Source of the DNA: Blasia pusilla
Taxonomy: Eukaryota
NCBI GenBank assembly: GCA_050084515.1
Contig: CM114271.1
Location: 33,356,001 to 33,420,000, forward strand
DNA: 64,000 nucleotides
Direction of reading: 5' to 3'
This document shows positions 1 to 12,658 of the stretch, one piece after another. The notes below the pieces were generated by a model. The model was not told the origin of the DNA. It saw only the letters and a list, made by a program, of their open reading frames with translations, and made no database searches. Every line of letters starts with the position of its first letter. The stretch's first letter is position 1. Position numbers and translations under genes: made by a program.

Positions 1-222
1 GACGAGGAGTTGGATTTGCCCGAGAGATGGTGGAGTTGCCCGTGGAGGAGGTAGAGTCCCACCACCTAGATGCGTCGAGGGAGACGCCATGCGTGAGCCT
101 CGGATGGCTACTCAGATACAACAGCTACATTAGTAGATTACTACTATGGCATTGAGGTTACCCGATGCCAGATCCGTGGCATTGACGTCTAATGGAGCCG
201 CCAGAGATATTTAAGATCTTGG

Positions 223-1089
223 TTGGATGTGCGAGGTTGCCCAGATGGAGGCCGCGCAGTTGTTACGCGTGGAGGAGCGGGAAAGTTGGATCCACAACGA
301 GGGGAAGCCAGGAAACAGACCAAGATTCCTCATTCTTTTACGTTGTCCGAGGTGATGAGGACCCCATCGATGGATCCTGAACAGAGTTCTCGGAGAGTTG
401 GTGATCTTGTTGGTGTGCAAGCACATAGATTGATGGGAGAAGCGAGTGTGATGACTCCTATTGCTGATGCCCTGGAGGAGCATCTGTCAAGCACGTTGTT
501 GGGGGCGGCCACTGTTGTGTACCGCCCTCCTTTGTTCTCTGCTTTCGATGTTATGACGTTGGAAGGTACGCCCGCTGAGTTTTTCCGGCTGGCTGCGGCG
601 CTCTGGGAGCGTGGAGTTGGAGTTCCTGCATCACGTTCAGAGGTGATTGCAGAGGAGGTGATGGACCTGCCCTTGGAGCTTATGCTCGGGCCATCCACTT
701 CAAATTCATGGCAGGCTGCGGTTGCTAGGATAGCGGAGATGCCTGCTAGACCCGCGATAGAGTGTGCCATGGCTTCTCCTAGTGTTGTTTTGCTGGATAA
801 CCAGGGAGAGGTATTCCAGTTGGTGAGTCCAATAGGTAGAGCTTTTAGTCCACAGTGCGTCTTGTTGGATTCAGGAGCGCAACCTGTGATGTTGGGGAAA
901 GCATCATTCAGAGGATTGGGCTTGACGAGAGCCAATATGGAGCGTTGTCCATCCCGGATACAAACATCCTTGGGTGGAGTGAGTACCATACAATATATCA
1001 CCCGACATAAGGTTGTGGTGAGGATTCATCTCGGACACCCTACAGATGAGTCTGTGGTGCGAGCCAAGGCGATAGTGACCGATGCATAG
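223..1089 (+). pseudogene. Retroviral-type aspartic protease region of Gypsy copy 1
   Basis: CVLLDSGAQPVMLG active-site motif; continues past a TAG into YDVLVGG. Confidence 0.8.
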
Positions 1090-1578
1090 TCCTACGACGT
1101 CTTGGTTGGTGGAGCAGTGTTGTACCCAATGGGGTTTTCCCTAGATTATTGGGAGGAGTCAGCGTCCTACAGACCAAGATGGCAGTTAGGTGATGGGCGC
1201 CTTAGATCATTACCCATTCGATTTACAGGTGGAGTGATTGAGCGACGGCCACGAGAGATGGAGACCTTAGCATCATTTAGCAGCGCCATCACTTGGCCTA
1301 GTGATTTGATTGAGAGACATGCCCATGTAGAGGACACTCCCGTTCTTGACATTTCTATGGAGAGGAGTGTCATGGTTGCCGCATCAGTCCTTGGAGGAGA
1401 GATGCCGCTTTGGGGCTCAACTGAGGAGCTTCGATGCTTAGCCACTGAGCATCTGCAGACCACGTGGAGCGAGATGTTTGCACTAGAGCGTGACGGGTCA
1501 GAGGAATATGAGGTAGCCAAGAGTGCTATGATGACACCCTTGGATACCATACCCCTTATGTGGCGCATCCTAAAGGAG

Positions 1579-2520
1579 GGTATTCGGGTGTTGGATCTCT
1601 TTGGAGCGATCAACACTGGGTTAGCTTTTGTTTTGTACGCAAGAGTATGTGTGCAATAGTATCTGTATGTGGAGATTGATGATGTTGCGAGGCGCGCTTC
1701 ACTTCACCATGTGGCGCAGTTACGCCTCCGTTTTCTTGACTTGTTGTCTGCGTCCGCTGTCCACGGATACTAGAGTTCCCTACCAAGGGATATTTCATTG
1801 TTGGGGGCGTAGGACTTGGAGCGGGTAGGGGCCATAGATTTGGTCATTGCTGGTTGGCCGTGTCAGGGCCAATCGAGTGCTGGATGAGGTAATGGGTTAG
1901 GTGACACTCGGTCCTGGTTGTTTTGGGAGATGATGCAGATTTTGTGACACTTACAAGAGCATCAGTCTCATTCTCCAACATACTTTCTGGAGAATGTGCC
2001 GATTTTGGGCGATTTGAGGTCCCGCGTGGCGACGAGTGCACATTAGATGCGTACAAGGATTGGCTTGACAATGTTTTTGGATGCAGCAAGTGTAAGTTCT
2101 AGAGCACACTACCGGCGTCTTTGGTGGACCAACTTGGTGCCACATGAGGTTTTGCGAAGGGCATATGCGAGAGTGGAGCGCCCCTCCCATTTTTTGGTGG
2201 ATTGCATTATGGATCCAGGTCGTCGATCACGGGAATTGAGGCACGATGATCGATCGCTGTTGACTGTGGTCAACAGGATTGGCATGCCATGGGCAGCCTT
2301 TATCACATTTGTGAGTTTTCCCGCTTCCTATGCATTCCAGGAGGTCGGACTTGGCTTGGTTTGGGATGACCTGGTACAAAGGTTGGTACGCCAATGAGCT
2401 GATGAGCGAGAGCGAGCGATGGGATTCTCCACAAGAGTGACATCAATACCATCACTATCAGAGGTATCATAACGTCATGTCTTGGGTCAGGCGATGGACC
2501 TGAACTGCTTGACATGGATT
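1579..2520 (+). pseudogene. DNMT3-like C5-cytosine methyltransferase domain within the Gypsy polyprotein (copy 1)
   Basis: One frame read through stops gives motif I IRVLDLFGAI, II YVEID, IV IAGWPCQG (catalytic Cys 1861-1863), VI LENV (1990-1998), VIII RRLWWTN, IX ERERAMGF and X RHVLGQAM. Confidence 0.92.
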
Positions 2521-2866
2521 TTCAGCTTAGGAGTAGATAAGCAAGGTTCTTTAAGGATACGACAGATCACAGCTCTTGCGTTGGTGAGCCCCATGCCTAC
2601 CGAGACGGTTGAGGCAATGGTTGGGGGCGAGACTCGAGGAGATTGACACACCAGGGATGAGCGGGAGAGACACCCTTGGACTTCTTGGGATGTTTTGCAG
2701 GTACGCCAAGATGATAGCCACAAGAGTGAGCATGGTTCCGAATACTGCACGTGGAGATGAGAGTTTGCAGTTGGCTGCACGAGAGCAGTCGAGTTTGATT
2801 ATAGGAGACGAGGCTGCACCATAGCAACCACCGACACCCGCGTCGAAGAGTCCTACCGTAGTCACG

Positions 2867-5721
2867 ATGGAGACTTGGGAGCCAGATATGGGCCCTAAGT
2901 TGACAAGAGGAAAGCGGCGCCAGATACACCAATTCCTTAGGAGTTATAGGAGTTGTTTTGCATTTAGCATGCAGGATTTGGGTACGCTGATGGATCTAGG
3001 GATACGCATTGATTTGTCGAGTGACATGTCGATCTTCCGACAACCCTACAGGTATAGTGACATGGAGAGGGCTCTGATTCATAGTAGGAGCTAGGACTTG
3101 GTTGGAGCAGGACTAGTGGAGATGTCGCATGGAGGGTATGCATCTGCAATTGTCATGCCCGCCAAGAAGGATGTGCATGGAAATTGGATGAATAGGCAAA
3201 TTTATGGAGATTACCGATCTATCAATCGGCAAACGAAGTTCGATAGGTATGCCATACCCACCCTTGAGGAGATCTTTGATGCTATTGGGCATGCAAAGGT
3301 CTTCAATTCTTTAGATCAACGAGCTGGATACCATCCGCTACCTATTAGATTGGAGGACAGGCAGAATATGACATTTTGGGGCATCAATCCTCACGAGAAG
3401 GATTTTTTGTACTAGTGGCAATTCTTACCATTTGGGTGAAAGAACGCCCCGGCTGAGTTTCAGAGGGTCATGGATAGGATCTTGGCAGGTCTGGATTTTG
3501 CTAAGTGTTATATTGATGACATTGTAGTCTTTAGCGCCATGGTTGAGGAGCATGAGCAACATCTAGAGGAGGTGTTTCGACGATTGCAGTTACATGGGTT
3601 GAAGCTACATCCAGGCAAGTACAAGCTCTTCTACGACCAGATTGAGTACCTGGGTCATATGATATACCCAAGGGGCCTTGGTGTGCAGCAGATGAAGGTA
3701 GAGGCTATTTCACACATTCCACGCCCTACAGATGTGAGTCGAGTTCATGCATTCATGGGATTGGCAAACTTCTATCGACGCTATGTCAAGGGTTTCACTT
3801 CGATTGCGAAGCCGCAAACCTTGCTGACCAAGGTGGATCAAGAGTGGCACTGGGGGGATGAGCAAGAGAGTTCAGTTGCTCAAGGATACATTGACGTCCG
3901 CGCCCATATTGAGGAGACCGATCAAGGTGCGTCCTTTCTAGTTGCATACCAATTGGCGCATGTTGGGGCTTGGAGCCATGCTCACCCAGCATGACAATGA
4001 TGGTAGAGAGTTCGTGGTGGCTTCTGGTAGTCGCTCGAACAACGCTGCAGAGACAAAGTATAGCTTGTATGAGGGCGAGTGCTTGGCTGTAGTGTGGGCT
4101 GTCGCATATTTCAGCTTTTAATTTTTCGGAAATCCCTTTACCATCATTACTGATCCTCAACCACTTAAGTGGTTGATGGAGTCCGATAAGCTTCCAGGGA
4201 AGCTTGCAAGGTGGACTCTTTTGTTGCAAGAATATGACTTCCAAGTGGTACATAGACTTGGGACGCTCAACCAAGATGCAGATGGTTTGAGCCATAACCC
4301 ATGCTCGAGTCAGCGAGATGCGACTGGAGCTCGATGGCATGGAGAGAGTGATGAAGAGTTGGTGCCAAGATGACACGCGTCAGCCTATTTGGGCTTCTTG
4401 GCTATAAAGAGCCAGATTGCTGATACTTTGATGGCGAGGTTTGATAGAGAGTCCTTAGATCCAGAGGTCGGTGAGGAGACAATAGGTGGCTGAGATATTC
4501 TCGACGATGGAGTAGTCTTGGAGTACCTGCGTACTGGCAGTGTCGCGAGCACCGTGGGTGCTAGAGAGCGGGATCAGATCCTACAACGAGCCTCAATATG
4601 GGCACTGTTCCGGTGGGAGGAGACACATATGTTGTGAGTGTGGGAGGATGGTAGAGTGCGTGTAGTGCCTCATCCTTCGTAGAGAGCACTTTTGGTGCGT
4701 CATGCCCTCTACGAAGGATGAGGCACCAAAATGACGAGAAGTTGGATCATTTTGGAGTGAAGCGGACGTACGGCTTGCTCTAGATTCAATATTGGTGGTG
4801 AGGCATGCAGACTGACGTTCAATAGTTTGTTGTTAGATGCATGGTGTGTGATCGAGTCCGGGCATCGTTTAATGCTCCGACTCCACAGTTGCATCCATTT
4901 CCGATCATGGGTTTAGGTTATAGATGGAGTTTGGATTTTGGAGGACCTTTACGTTTGACGGAGCGCCATAGTTGTTATGTGTTGATGATGTTGAGAACTT
5001 CTTCAAGTGGATAGAGTTGGTTGTATTTCTTGACAAAGCAAGTGAGGGAGTAGCATATGCCTTCCTAGATCGGGTGCTGAGTCATTACGGTGCACCAACT
5101 GAGGTGTTGATAGACCAGGGTACAGAGTTCCGCGGGGAGTTTCAGGCCTTGAGTGATCAGGCACTAATCGACCATCGCTCTACTTTGCGAGATCATCTTG
5201 AGGCGGATGGACTAGCAGAGCGGGTTGTGCAGACGGTGAAGAGAGGATTACACAAGTAAGGCTTGTAGAGAGGTCACCTAGGAGATTGGGACCTCCAATT
5301 GCCGTGGTTCGCGATTGGATACAGATTCAACAGGAAGGCATCCTCAGCGTCTTTCTCACCGTACTTGCTTTTGTATGGCCGAGAGCCAAATTTACCTATG
5401 GCCATTCGTCAAGATGTTGGTGAGGTGTTGAACCTTGATGAACCTGATGTATGGAGGCAAGCATGTTCTCAAAGGGTTGAATTATTTCGGAGAGTGGTGC
5501 CCATGGCGTTTGAGAACTTGGCGATTGCACACCATCGGGATACATTGAGGTATGTGACTATTTTGGGACGTGGTTATCGACCTACTATCCGGAGGTTTCA
5601 TCAAGGAGACTATGTCTACCTACAGCATACGGCACCCACGACGTTGGATGTGACAACAACGCGCATCATCTTGAGAGTGCGTGAGATTTTGCCATCAGAT
5701 GTTCTCTTATTGGAGGGACGC
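2867..5721 (+). pseudogene. RT - RNaseH - integrase of Gypsy copy 1
   Basis: DYRSIN, PFG, YIDDIVVFS, EYLGH, AFMGLANFYRRYV, LARWTLLLQEYDF, DQGTEF, DGLAERVVQTVK. Confidence 0.93.
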
Positions 5722-6994
5722 TGTCGTGTCGAGAGTCTTTCTTCGAGTAAGGGCAGGCCTTCTAGCTGCGGCAGACGCGGTCAATGCAAGATGAACTCTC
5801 TGAGAAGATCTCCTTTTTCAATATAAAATTATTATGTATACTCTCCATTCTCTCACGACAAGTATCACAAATGGAAGTGCCGAGGCGATCACTTCTTCGT
5901 AACATCGGACCCCAAAATTCCTAACTATAAAATCCCTATAAACTATTTTACGCTTGTATACGAGGAAGATAGCACAACTAGTATTAAACCCTACTTGAGC
6001 AGGCATATTGACGTCCATGGATCGCTATATAAGGACATACAAAGTACAATCCCATATCCTTCCATATGTGACGATAGGAAGGATCACCGAAGTTGGAGAT
6101 TGAATGACCTTGTTCATGAACGCCTCCCCAAAGTGATAAACTAAATAGCGAGTGAACCAGTGCCTATCTACAAAGAGTATCTTGACATGGTATGGATTAA
6201 GGAAAGGAAAGTCGGGCACAAATCATGTTCCACCCCTATCCATGTTTGATAGACATTCTCTACTCTCCTCAAGAATGGGTTTTGGCGGAGTTATTCTCCC
6301 AAGAGGAGTAATCCACTCTCATTAGGAAAGTAACAAGCCAAAATATTCACTATTTTAGTACGACTAAACTCTTCTAAGGTGACAAACCTCTCATCTCCAC
6401 ACACACACACCACACTCTAGAAACCTCTTGAAGAATAGACCATGGTCAAGTTACTCTCCCAAGAGGGGTGATCCACTCTCATTGGAAGAGCAAGCAATCC
6501 CAAAGCCATACACTCAAGAGTGACACGAGAGACTCAAGATGTGGAATAGAAAGTGATGAAACCTTGAAGGTCTCTCCTCTTTATATACTCGCAAGAGATC
6601 CACAAGAGTACGAAATAGAACTTATCTTATTTTGTGCCACATGGCTTCCTCTCAAGGCTTAGCCTATCACATTTGGACACAAATAGATTTCCTCTTATCT
6701 CTTCCAAAATATCCTCTTTTACCCACTTGATATTTTCCAAATTACCCCAACTAACCTAGCCACCAACCAAGACTACTTTTGCTTTTCATTAAAGCAACTA
6801 CTTTACTTTTATAAAGTCATCTTTTATTTATTACCTCTTTTTCTAAAGTTGGGCCCGCATAAAAGAGGCACCATAAAGAGGTTTAAACATAAGAATTTCC
6901 TTTTTTCTAAGCCAATTTACTTAATACTAATGAAACCCTATCTAACACTTAATGACAAAGGAATTTACATACTGGTTGATTTTACTATACGACA
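5722..6994. mobile_element. Solo LTR (~1.27 kb) of a second retrotransposon family, inserted in the integrase of copy 1
   Basis: Ends tgtcgt...acgaca. Perfect 4-bp TSD acgc (5718-5721 / 6995-6998). Removing it restores LLEGRDGMVW. Near-identical to 58845-60104. Confidence 0.9.
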
Positions 6995-7106
6995 ACGCGA
7001 TGGTATGGTTTGGAAGGATCATGTGCGTAACTATGTGCCGTGTCACCTTCCGAACATTGACGGTATAGTTGATCCAAGCTTAGCAGTAGTTCCTGCAAGC
7101 TTGCGA

Positions 7107-7241
7107 TGTATGTTTTGTGGTTCTGCCCGCGGTGCAGCCACTATGCTAGTCTATGATGGATGTTCGAGAGGATGGCATATTGCATGTTTGACACCACCTC
7201 TCACTTAGGTTCCTCATGGACGATGGATGTGTCCCAGATGT
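7107..7241 (+). pseudogene. PHD zinc finger at the integrase C-terminus (copy 1)
   Basis: CMFC...MLV(Y/C)[28 protein letters not shown] fits C4-H-C3 PHD spacing; copy 2 supplies the Cys missing here (VCDG). Confidence 0.88.
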
Positions 7242-7428
7242 ACATACCGTAGCTAGTTCTACATTCCGACTTGTGTCTGTGACATGGATGACAAGAAGGC
7301 GACTAACGATGGGGCCACATGAGCACCCGGCCTTCTTGGTCTTATCGTCCGAGAGATGTATGTCACGGTAGGTAGGGATAGATGGCTATCTGGAGTTAGA
7401 GGGACCTAACCACCAGCTAGGGGGCGAT

Positions 7429-7554
7429 TGGAGATATTTTGGTACTTCTTGTCTCGTTGTTTGGATGCCATGAGTTAGGATGGGATCGTGCGTGTTTGTG
7501 TGTGTGTTCGGTGACAATAATGTATGTTGTGTAGCGATGTGTATGCGTACGACA
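7429..7554 (+). repeat. 3' LTR (126 bp) of Gypsy-DNMT copy 1
   Basis: Follows the PPT and runs TG...CA. The same 126-bp unit lies inverted at 57798-57923 and stands alone at 57151-57276. Confidence 0.75.
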
Positions 7555-8377
7555 AACACATGAATTGTTTTGGTGTTACCAAAACTCTCTTCCTCCATTT
7601 AATTGACTTCGATGACACTCTTCGATCATGAAATAGAACATGAATAAAGTTTGAATATTAACTTAGTCATCTTCCGTGGTTCCCAATCATAAAGGTAACC
7701 AATTGGGTGTCACTAAACATTCCACCTTCAAAATTCCAGGCATAAAATAAGTCAAAAACATCCATAATGATAACTAAAATTGTCTCTTTGAAATCTTCTT
7801 CTTTTTCACCTTCTAGAGTATGCATGTCCTCTTGTTGTTCCAAATAAAACAAGTAAAAAAAATTAATGAGAAACCACTACCTCTCAATACGATAAAACTA
7901 TGGAAAATGTCGTCGTTGTTTTTTCAACCCGCGAAATATCATATCTACCCTTCCTCGATCTGCGAAAAAGATTTAAAATTTAAAATAAAACCGGAAGCAA
8001 ACGGAACCGCACACGCTCCGTTGCCTCGACCGGAGCCGTTCCCACGGTAGCGTGAGCCGGAGAAGGGAGGCTCCATGTGAACCGCCCTGTATATAACATT
8101 TTGGACTATGACGAGGCCGCTACCACGACCATAGGAGAACGTTGAAGTGTGGACTACGCCCTTCTACCTTGTGGTAAGAACTCATGGTTGCTGCATGAGC
8201 TCACTTGGAACGCGGTCTGTCCTTCCCTTACGAAATCTCCACCCTAAACCCCGAAATGTAAAACCCTAACTGTAACTGGTCAGCTCTCGAGTGAGCTCTG
8301 GGGAAATTTGCTCACGAGCAAATCGAGTTTGCATAATCATTCCGTGGTCGAATTGGTGTGTAGATTGTTTGCACGCA

Positions 8378-11097
8378 ATGGGACAGAAGCGGAAGCCTGT
8401 GGCAGTAGAGGAGCCTGCGCCGGTGCAAGTTGAGCCAGCGAGGAAGCGGTCTTTGCTGAAGAGAATTGGAAACGGAGAGGAAGCGCAGGATGGAGATGAG
8501 AAGACTAACCGGTTTCGCAATAAGGAGAAAGTCTTGATCCTCTGCTCCCGTCGCATCACATTCCGGTGTGGTAATTGGGGCTTTTATGTGGTGGATTGAT
8601 TGCTGTACAGTCGTGTAATTTTCTTCTGTCACTATTTGTTTTTCTTTAATGTGCGTGAATGCCCGGTGTTCAGGTATCGGCATCTGATGATGGACATCAC
8701 AGGAATGCTACCGCATAGCAAAAGGGACGTGAAGGTGCAATGCAAGGACAACAAAGCTGCGACTCTCAACGAGCTAGTGGACCTGAAAGGTTGCTCCAGC
8801 TGTTTGCTTTTTGAGGTATTCGTCTCTGCCTTAGCTGTCTGGTAGGAAAGTTGTTGAAATCTTACTGACTGTACTACACGAAGAGTAATATTTCGTTTAC
8901 AATGTACAGAGGTAAAATTTGAGTCATAAGGTGACCTCGTCAACTGTAGTACTTACCCGCTGCGTACGTGGAAACGAAAGCATTGGAAGATTTCGAGCAT
9001 AGAATGGGAGGAACAAATTATGATAGTCAGCAGGTGGGACAGATAGGATCATGTCCAAAAGAAGGCTACTTGCAACTGAAATTCATCATCTCTGGTTGTT
9101 ACTTTGTGGTTCTCAAACAACATTAATTTCATGAGTTATTTTGCCAGTGATTTGTAGTGTTGTTGCAGTATTTCGTAGCTTGCACTCCTGAACCTTTACA
9201 GAATTTCACAGAATACTTCCGTGAAAGCTATAATGATGGGAAGGAGCTCTTACATTCCTGGGCGTTTGGTTGCTGCTATGGATTAAAGTATAGGAGACAT
9301 CACACTATCTTTTCAGTAACATTAGATTGGAACGAAGGGACTTGCTGCACCCAATGATCAAACATTATAGCATAAAAAATCTGCTTTAAGAAAATGGAAT
9401 CTAATATTTTCGTAAATGCAGTGTAGGAAGAAGAAAGACCTGTATGTATGGATGTCAAAGTCTCCGAGTGGACCATCAGCAAAGTTTTTGGTCAGTGGAG
9501 GTGCGTTATGAGAACACTCCTCATTTTGATTTGTATTTCTTCCACTACGAAATTCTACTTCTGTCCCCCCAACCAGACCTTAAGATTTATTTGATGGATT
9601 TGAATGTGCGTGAACCTGACAGAGACCTAGACATATTAATTGAATTTTAACTCGAGCTGTCAAATTGGTGCAGTTCATACCATGGCAGAGTTGAAGCTCA
9701 CTGGCAATCACCTGAAAGGTTCTCGACCACTAATTACGTTTTCAGCAAACTTTGATGAACAACCCCATCTTCAGTTGTTGAAAGAGCTTCTACTGCAGGT
9801 AAAAGTGTGAGGTCTGAAGAGTTGCTGCCTGAGATCATTACTGAAAATTCTTGTTATATCTGTTCCCAACTGATTCAAAAAAACATATGTGATCTGGAGA
9901 GCTAATCATTGGTTAGATTTTTATGTGCAGGTCTTTTGTACACCTAAAGACCATCGCAAGGCTAAGCCATTTTTTGACCATGTGTTTGCCTTTTCAATTG
10001 TTGACAACCATGTCTGGTTTCGCAACTACCAGGTCAGTAATTTCCCACATAGCTCATTTGTGGAAAAGAAAGATTTTGCTGCAGGACTTGTGCAACTTGG
10101 TACTAGTTGGGAATTTGGAATAAAGAGGTGCCTCGGATGTGTCATCAGATTTCTGCAGCCCAGCAGGGCACCGATAAGTTGGACAAGATAGACAGAGCGA
10201 GTTTGGAGAGAATGACTCTCATTGAGGTAAGATATGAAACTGTTTCTAAATGTGTTGAAATTTTATAGCATTTTGTCCAATTTTTCATTTTGGTGGTTGG
10301 CTACTCAGCCAACTTCACCCTACCTCAAGGGATTTGAATTGTGTCTCCAGTCATACTTTTGAACTCCTGAATGGGATTCACATGTGTGGAATGTTGGAGG
10401 GCGCCTAGGAGATGTGCAACTACTTGCTTACAGGTCCTTCTCCGGTTGACAACTTGAAAACTAAATGGATGTTTCTGCACCCGCAGGTTGGTCCAAGATT
10501 CTGCTTAAATCCAATCAAAATCTTCAGTGGGAGCTTTGGTGGGGCAACAATTTATGAAAACCCCTTCTATGTTTCTCCTAATGCGGTATGCCTTGGCCCC
10601 CTTTTCTCCAGTCTAGTTTTCATATATGTAGGAAAGGAGAGTAAGGAAATTCCTTCTCCAAGGAGTTGGTGTCTAGGTACTAGCTGGTGCGAGGGGATAA
10701 CCTTGGGCAATAAGAAGAGGATAGTTGAAGCTGGGTATCCGTATTGTTGTGATGCACTGAGAAAGGTCAGGTAGTTTTGATCACCTGAACAGCTGTCTTT
10801 CATCTTTGTGATTGACCTGTTCTAGAACCATCTGTGCTTGGTCTGCTGCAAGAGGGTCATAGGTGGTTCTCAAGTAACTGAATAACTGACCAGCAGTGGT
10901 CCTACCAAAATTGGAACCTCCTGAACAAGTACTGATATTTCTGTAGTTGTCTTCCTCAGGCACGGTCTATGGAGAAACGTAAGAAGGCTGGGAAGTATGT
11001 TAAGAAAATCAAAGCTAAGCAAAGGAGGAGAACTCATGTGGCAGATAATCCAACTGCCCAAGACGAGCTTGCCCATGTGTTCGATGAAGAAGATTGA
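8378..11097 (+). CDS. BRX1: Ribosome biogenesis protein BRX1 (Brix domain), 8 exons: 8378-8565, 8674-8815, 9422-9500, 9674-9798, 9931-10032, 10149-10226, 10487-10585, 10960-11097
   Basis: GT-AG introns join into an open frame with NKEKVLILCSRRITFRYRHLM, HTMAELKLTGNHLKGSRP, KPFFDHVFAFSIVDNHVWFRNYQ and EVGPRFCLNPIKIFSGSFGG. Confidence 0.95.
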
Positions 11098-12539
11098 AGT
11101 AGTTTTCCTTCACAGTTTTCTCTCCTGGTTCTTGCTTGCACTGCAATTTTGCAAGGACTTAAAACTCTCTGATTTTTATAAGAGATAGGCTTTAGAGATA
11201 TTCAAATAGTGAGAGTTTAGGTCAAAGGCATTTAGGCCTTAAACCGCCAATTCCTTAGGTTTCACCTGAATGTGTGCATTTTGTACACTATTAGGGCGAC
11301 TAAAAGCAGTCGCTGTAGAGGAAATGAAGTCTGTTGATTTTACTACGGTACAAATTTTGGAGGATGTTTTATGAATTGCAGATATTCAGCTTTGAGTGCT
11401 GCCAAGAAAAAAATTATGGCATTCAGATTATGCAAATATTTGCCATACACAGAAGCCATAGAAGTCTGTTGTTGAGTGGACTGCCAGGCACTCATTATGC
11501 CAAGTCACTCTGATAGAGTTCTGTGGAGGCTGCTTTCTGGGCAGCCCTTGAGTTGCCCTCTCACACTAAATGGTCTTGTCTCCAGGTGTTCTAGTAACTG
11601 AAATCTGTGGACCAGAAGTGACTTCAATTGGACACTTGGTATTGCATGTAGCTTGTGCGTCTTCTTGTGCATGTGAAATATGATTCAACTCCTCCAACAG
11701 AAAGTACTCGGAGGACTGCATGCCAATAGCCTCTTCTTCCTGATCAGTCAAGCCCTTGGTCTCCCTAATAAGATTTTCTTGCCCTGGTCTTGAGTACCTC
11801 CATGAATAGACGAGCCACTACTCTTAATCTCTTAATGCTCACAATGCCATACAGACGATCCGGAACTGAAAAAGGGCACTAGTTCGACACGTCACAGTCC
11901 GATCTGCACCTGCCTGGCACACTTGCATCCAAGTGAAGTTGAGCCTTTGCCTTAAAAATCAACCCTCTCTGGATACTCGCTGAAGCCTTGGCATACTTCA
12001 TCCAACCATCCCTACAAATGTCGCAACTTTTATGATGGTAGGTTCTCATTACTACATTTGTGATTTTAATCCCATTATTGAAAGACATTTCTAAGGGCTT
12101 CTATATTGTGTCGATATATGAACTGAATTAATTGAATTAATTGAATTAATGAAAGAAAATTAAAACATCATAATGATCGGCTAGTCTGTAGTATTTGTGT
12201 GCGAGCAAGTTACAATTTCGGAACAAGTGGCCAATTAAAACAGACCTCAAAGTCAGATCTGGAAATGCGGATATTTAAATAAAGGAGGCCTTCGACCACA
12301 ACCCTGAAACTATGCATCACATGTTCTGGTTTGGAATCATACAAAACCTGGATTTTTCACTCCTTCTGGATGTCTCTCCACTAGGATTGATATATCATTC
12401 GACAACATCGAAATAATTCTTTCTTAACTGATTTTCATTCTTAAAAAGGTAATTAAATAATAAACCCGAAAATAAAATTTGAAGAGACCTGTAGAGATGT
12501 TGTAAATGGTAAGAGATTAAATTCGATGCCCCTTACGAA

Positions 12540-12658
12540 TTGAGAGGGACCTTACACGCACTCGTCTGTTTTGCTTCCCTCCACACTCATCTTGTTTTCA
12601 TGAAAGAAATGAGTGTGGAGGGAAACAAAACAGAGGAGTGCGTGTAAGGCCCTCTCAA
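12540..12658. repeat. Near-perfect ~119-bp foldback (MITE-like or hairpin-RNA precursor)
   Basis: Arm ttgagagggaccttacacgcactcgtctgttttgcttccctccacactcat pairs with atgagtgtggagggaaacaaaacagaggagtgcgtgtaaggccctctcaa, about 50 bp with few mismatches. Confidence 0.85.

Larger units (their letters stand above)
1..7554 (+). mobile_element. Ty3/Gypsy LTR retrotransposon carrying a C5 DNA methyltransferase, copy 1 (5' part outside window; decayed)
   Basis: Domain order PR (VLLDSGA ~860) - DNMT - RT (YIDD 3509-3520) - RNaseH (ECLAVVWAV) - integrase (GHFGVKRT, WSLDF) - PHD. Purine tract agggggcga precedes a TG...CA terminal repeat at 7429-7554. Many in-frame stops and frameshifts. Colinear with the - strand copy at 57798-64000. 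Confidence 0.93.

Noticed and set aside
1579-2520. A host DNMT3/DRM gene
   Set aside because: It is intronless, in frame with the retroviral protease, and in the same position in both retroelement copies.
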